64,000 nt of DNA from a candidate division FCPU426 bacterium. Its GTDB lineage: Bacteria > Oederibacteriota > Muellerivitia > Muellerivitales > Muellerivitaceae. The stretch covers positions 1 through 64,000 of the forward strand of contig CAWKAR010000029.1 in NCBI GenBank assembly GCA_963847625.1, read 5' to 3'. The translations under genes were made by a program, and so were the position numbers. The notes beneath the pieces are model-generated. The model was given only the letters and a program-made list of their open reading frames with translations. It had not been told where the DNA came from and ran no database searches. This document shows, in pieces, positions 63,768 to 64,000 of the stretch (positions are counted from its first letter, which is position 1; each line of letters starts with the position of its first letter).

Positions 63768-64000
63768 CTAGGAAAGGTTTTCGGGGTTTAAATAACGCTC
63801 CAAGGTCTTGGGACTGACGTCCACGAATGCCGCTATCTTTCTTTTTTGTGATTTTTTTTGGCCCAGAATTTGTTCCAGGAAAACCCTCGTGAAATCCCGC
63901 TTGGCTTGAAATAGTTTGGTATTTTGGTAAAAAGCCTTTTCACTCAATGAATTCGCGACATTACCCAAGTTTGAATAAAGGCATTCCTTGGAAGCCATAC
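63768..64000 (-). CDS. C-terminal part of a protein with a Fis-like helix-turn-helix (probably runs off window)
   Basis: AKRDFTRVFLEQIL..KIAAFVDVSPKTLERYL. Confidence 0.5.
   Translation of the reverse strand, partial: MASKECLYSNLGNVANSLSEKAFYQNTKLFQAKRDFTRVFLEQILGQKKSQKRKIAAFVDVSPKTLERYLNPENLS

Overview
Mostly core-genome sequence from a bacterium that is probably diderm (it encodes omptin-like beta-barrels and lipoproteins). I cannot assign the lineage from sequence alone. The first ~0.95 kb is a very GC-rich, frameshifted hybrid histidine-kinase fragment abutting the C-terminal part of dnaE, probably a chimeric or low-quality contig end. An AT-richer block follows (dnaE, O-antigen-ligase/TPR protein, speD*-speE-decarboxylase polyamine operon with a broken speD, diguanylate cyclase, galE, orn, def, ACT protein). 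A GC-richer housekeeping block then carries clpB, gpmA, ribD-ribE-yaaR-ribBA-ribH-nusB, ligA, frameshifted secA, a peptide ABC transporter, priA, rubrerythrin, two tandem omptin-like proteins, a PAS-GAF-PAS-GGDEF-EAL protein, smpB and rnr. From ~56.9 kb to the end is an accessory hotspot: an integrase-core fragment, two vapBC modules (one toxin with substituted catalytic residues), a complete IS1380 and a complete IS30, both with target duplications. The most unusual feature is ~58.0-62.1 kb, a dense array of degenerate tRNA relics (Leu-CAG, Gly-GCC, Glu-like), anticodon-stem-like palindromes with 7-nt spacers and 10-11-bp-period direct repeats. It looks like stacked attachment sites of tRNA-targeting tyrosine integrases. 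All calls come from motif recognition by eye; no database searches were run.
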